Under the pieces are notes generated by a model, which saw only the letters and a program-made list of their open reading frames with translations, had not been told where the DNA came from and did no database searches. From the NCBI RefSeq assembly GCF_006345805.1, contig NC_043006.1, positions 55,180,001 through 55,244,000 of the forward strand: 64,000 nt of DNA, read 5' to 3'. Origin of the DNA: Octopus sinensis (lineage: Eukaryota). Both the position numbers and the translations under genes were made by a program. Shown one piece after another: positions 63,147 to 64,000 of this stretch (position 1 is its first letter; each line of letters opens with the position of its first letter).

Positions 63147-64000
63147 GTTTCATAAAACTGAATAACAATTAGATGTGGATTATACGTGCTCCAATGAGCC
63201 AAGCGTGTTGAACACAATCTCGTTGTAAAAGGGGGTTTTCTCCTCTGACGTACTTTACAGTGACCAGCCTAAACTTTTTCTTAAGCGCAACTACACAGCT
63301 ATGCCTATGTCTATACATACATACATACATACATACATACATACATACATACATACATACATACATACATACATACATACATACATACATACATACATAC
63401 ATACATGAATGGAGGCATGCATACATACTTGTACATTATGTTGGAAATGAAGATATATCTCGTTTTTGGCACGATTAATTTGGGAGCACTTTTTCAATAC
63501 TTGCGAGAAAGTAAGCATTAGTTTTTACACCCTAATATTTTTCTATTTCTCTACAGATTATTTTATACCACCGTGGGGAAATACGTATAGCTATTGCCCT
63601 TTAAAATGTGTTTAGATCAGATACATATCAAACTCTGCATGCTGTACAGATTCAAAACTGGCTCTTAAGCAATGGTAGTGACAATATTCGTTCTGTCTGT
63701 GGAAATGAAGCTTCAAGTGTCGGAACAGACGATAATTTTGTCGGTTTCGATCAGGAAATTTCCCTCTCCCACATATCCCTTGATCTGAATGATCAAGTTC
63801 TATCAATACTGAGCTTCCGAAAACAGTAGTTGAAGAAAATCCAAAGTAGACCTCCCAAGAGGTAGCAAACAATTAAATACAAGTCACACTTCAGTCATAA
63901 AGTACCATTATGAACTAGGAAATGTGTCTGATCTTGCTCAGTGGGTCCTTCATCTGACAGCTTCTCAGTTTAATCAAAGAGTTACCTTCTGCTCGTCATT

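Noticed and set aside
63550-64000. Polypyrimidine-AG acceptor-like site followed by 73-86 aa ORFs
   Set aside because: Stops occur in all frames shortly after and no protein motif was recognised; a host exon cannot be supported.

Overview
AT-rich eukaryotic genomic DNA, most likely cephalopod (octopus); this is inferred from recognising octopus-type tRNA-derived SINE families and was not database-verified. I found no supportable host protein-coding gene, rRNA or true tRNA. The window is a nested graveyard of transposons and microsatellites with one 100-N scaffold gap (33927-34026). Retroelements: remnants of Penelope-like elements (PLEs) of at least two types, R4/Dong-like, CR1-like, L1/Tx1-like, RTE and HERO-like LINEs, and several SINE families. 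DNA transposons: Tc1 (uninterrupted DD34E ORF), maT (DD37D), mariner, hAT, Chapaev3-like, Helitron and a foldback MITE. The main unexplained layer is about ten well-formed and several decayed minimal type I hammerhead ribozyme motifs of different sequence families, often in long head-to-head inverted repeats. One such family is fused to a tRNA-like Pol III head, giving a SINE/ribozyme hybrid. Also notable: a CR1-like ORF1 with a Myb/SANT-like domain plus a CCCH finger; a Tx1-like LINE sitting in (TATC)n whose 3' end matches a SINE tail; TSD-flanked SINE concatemers; and a templated 86-bp insertion. All coordinates and alignments were read by eye and may be off by a few bases.
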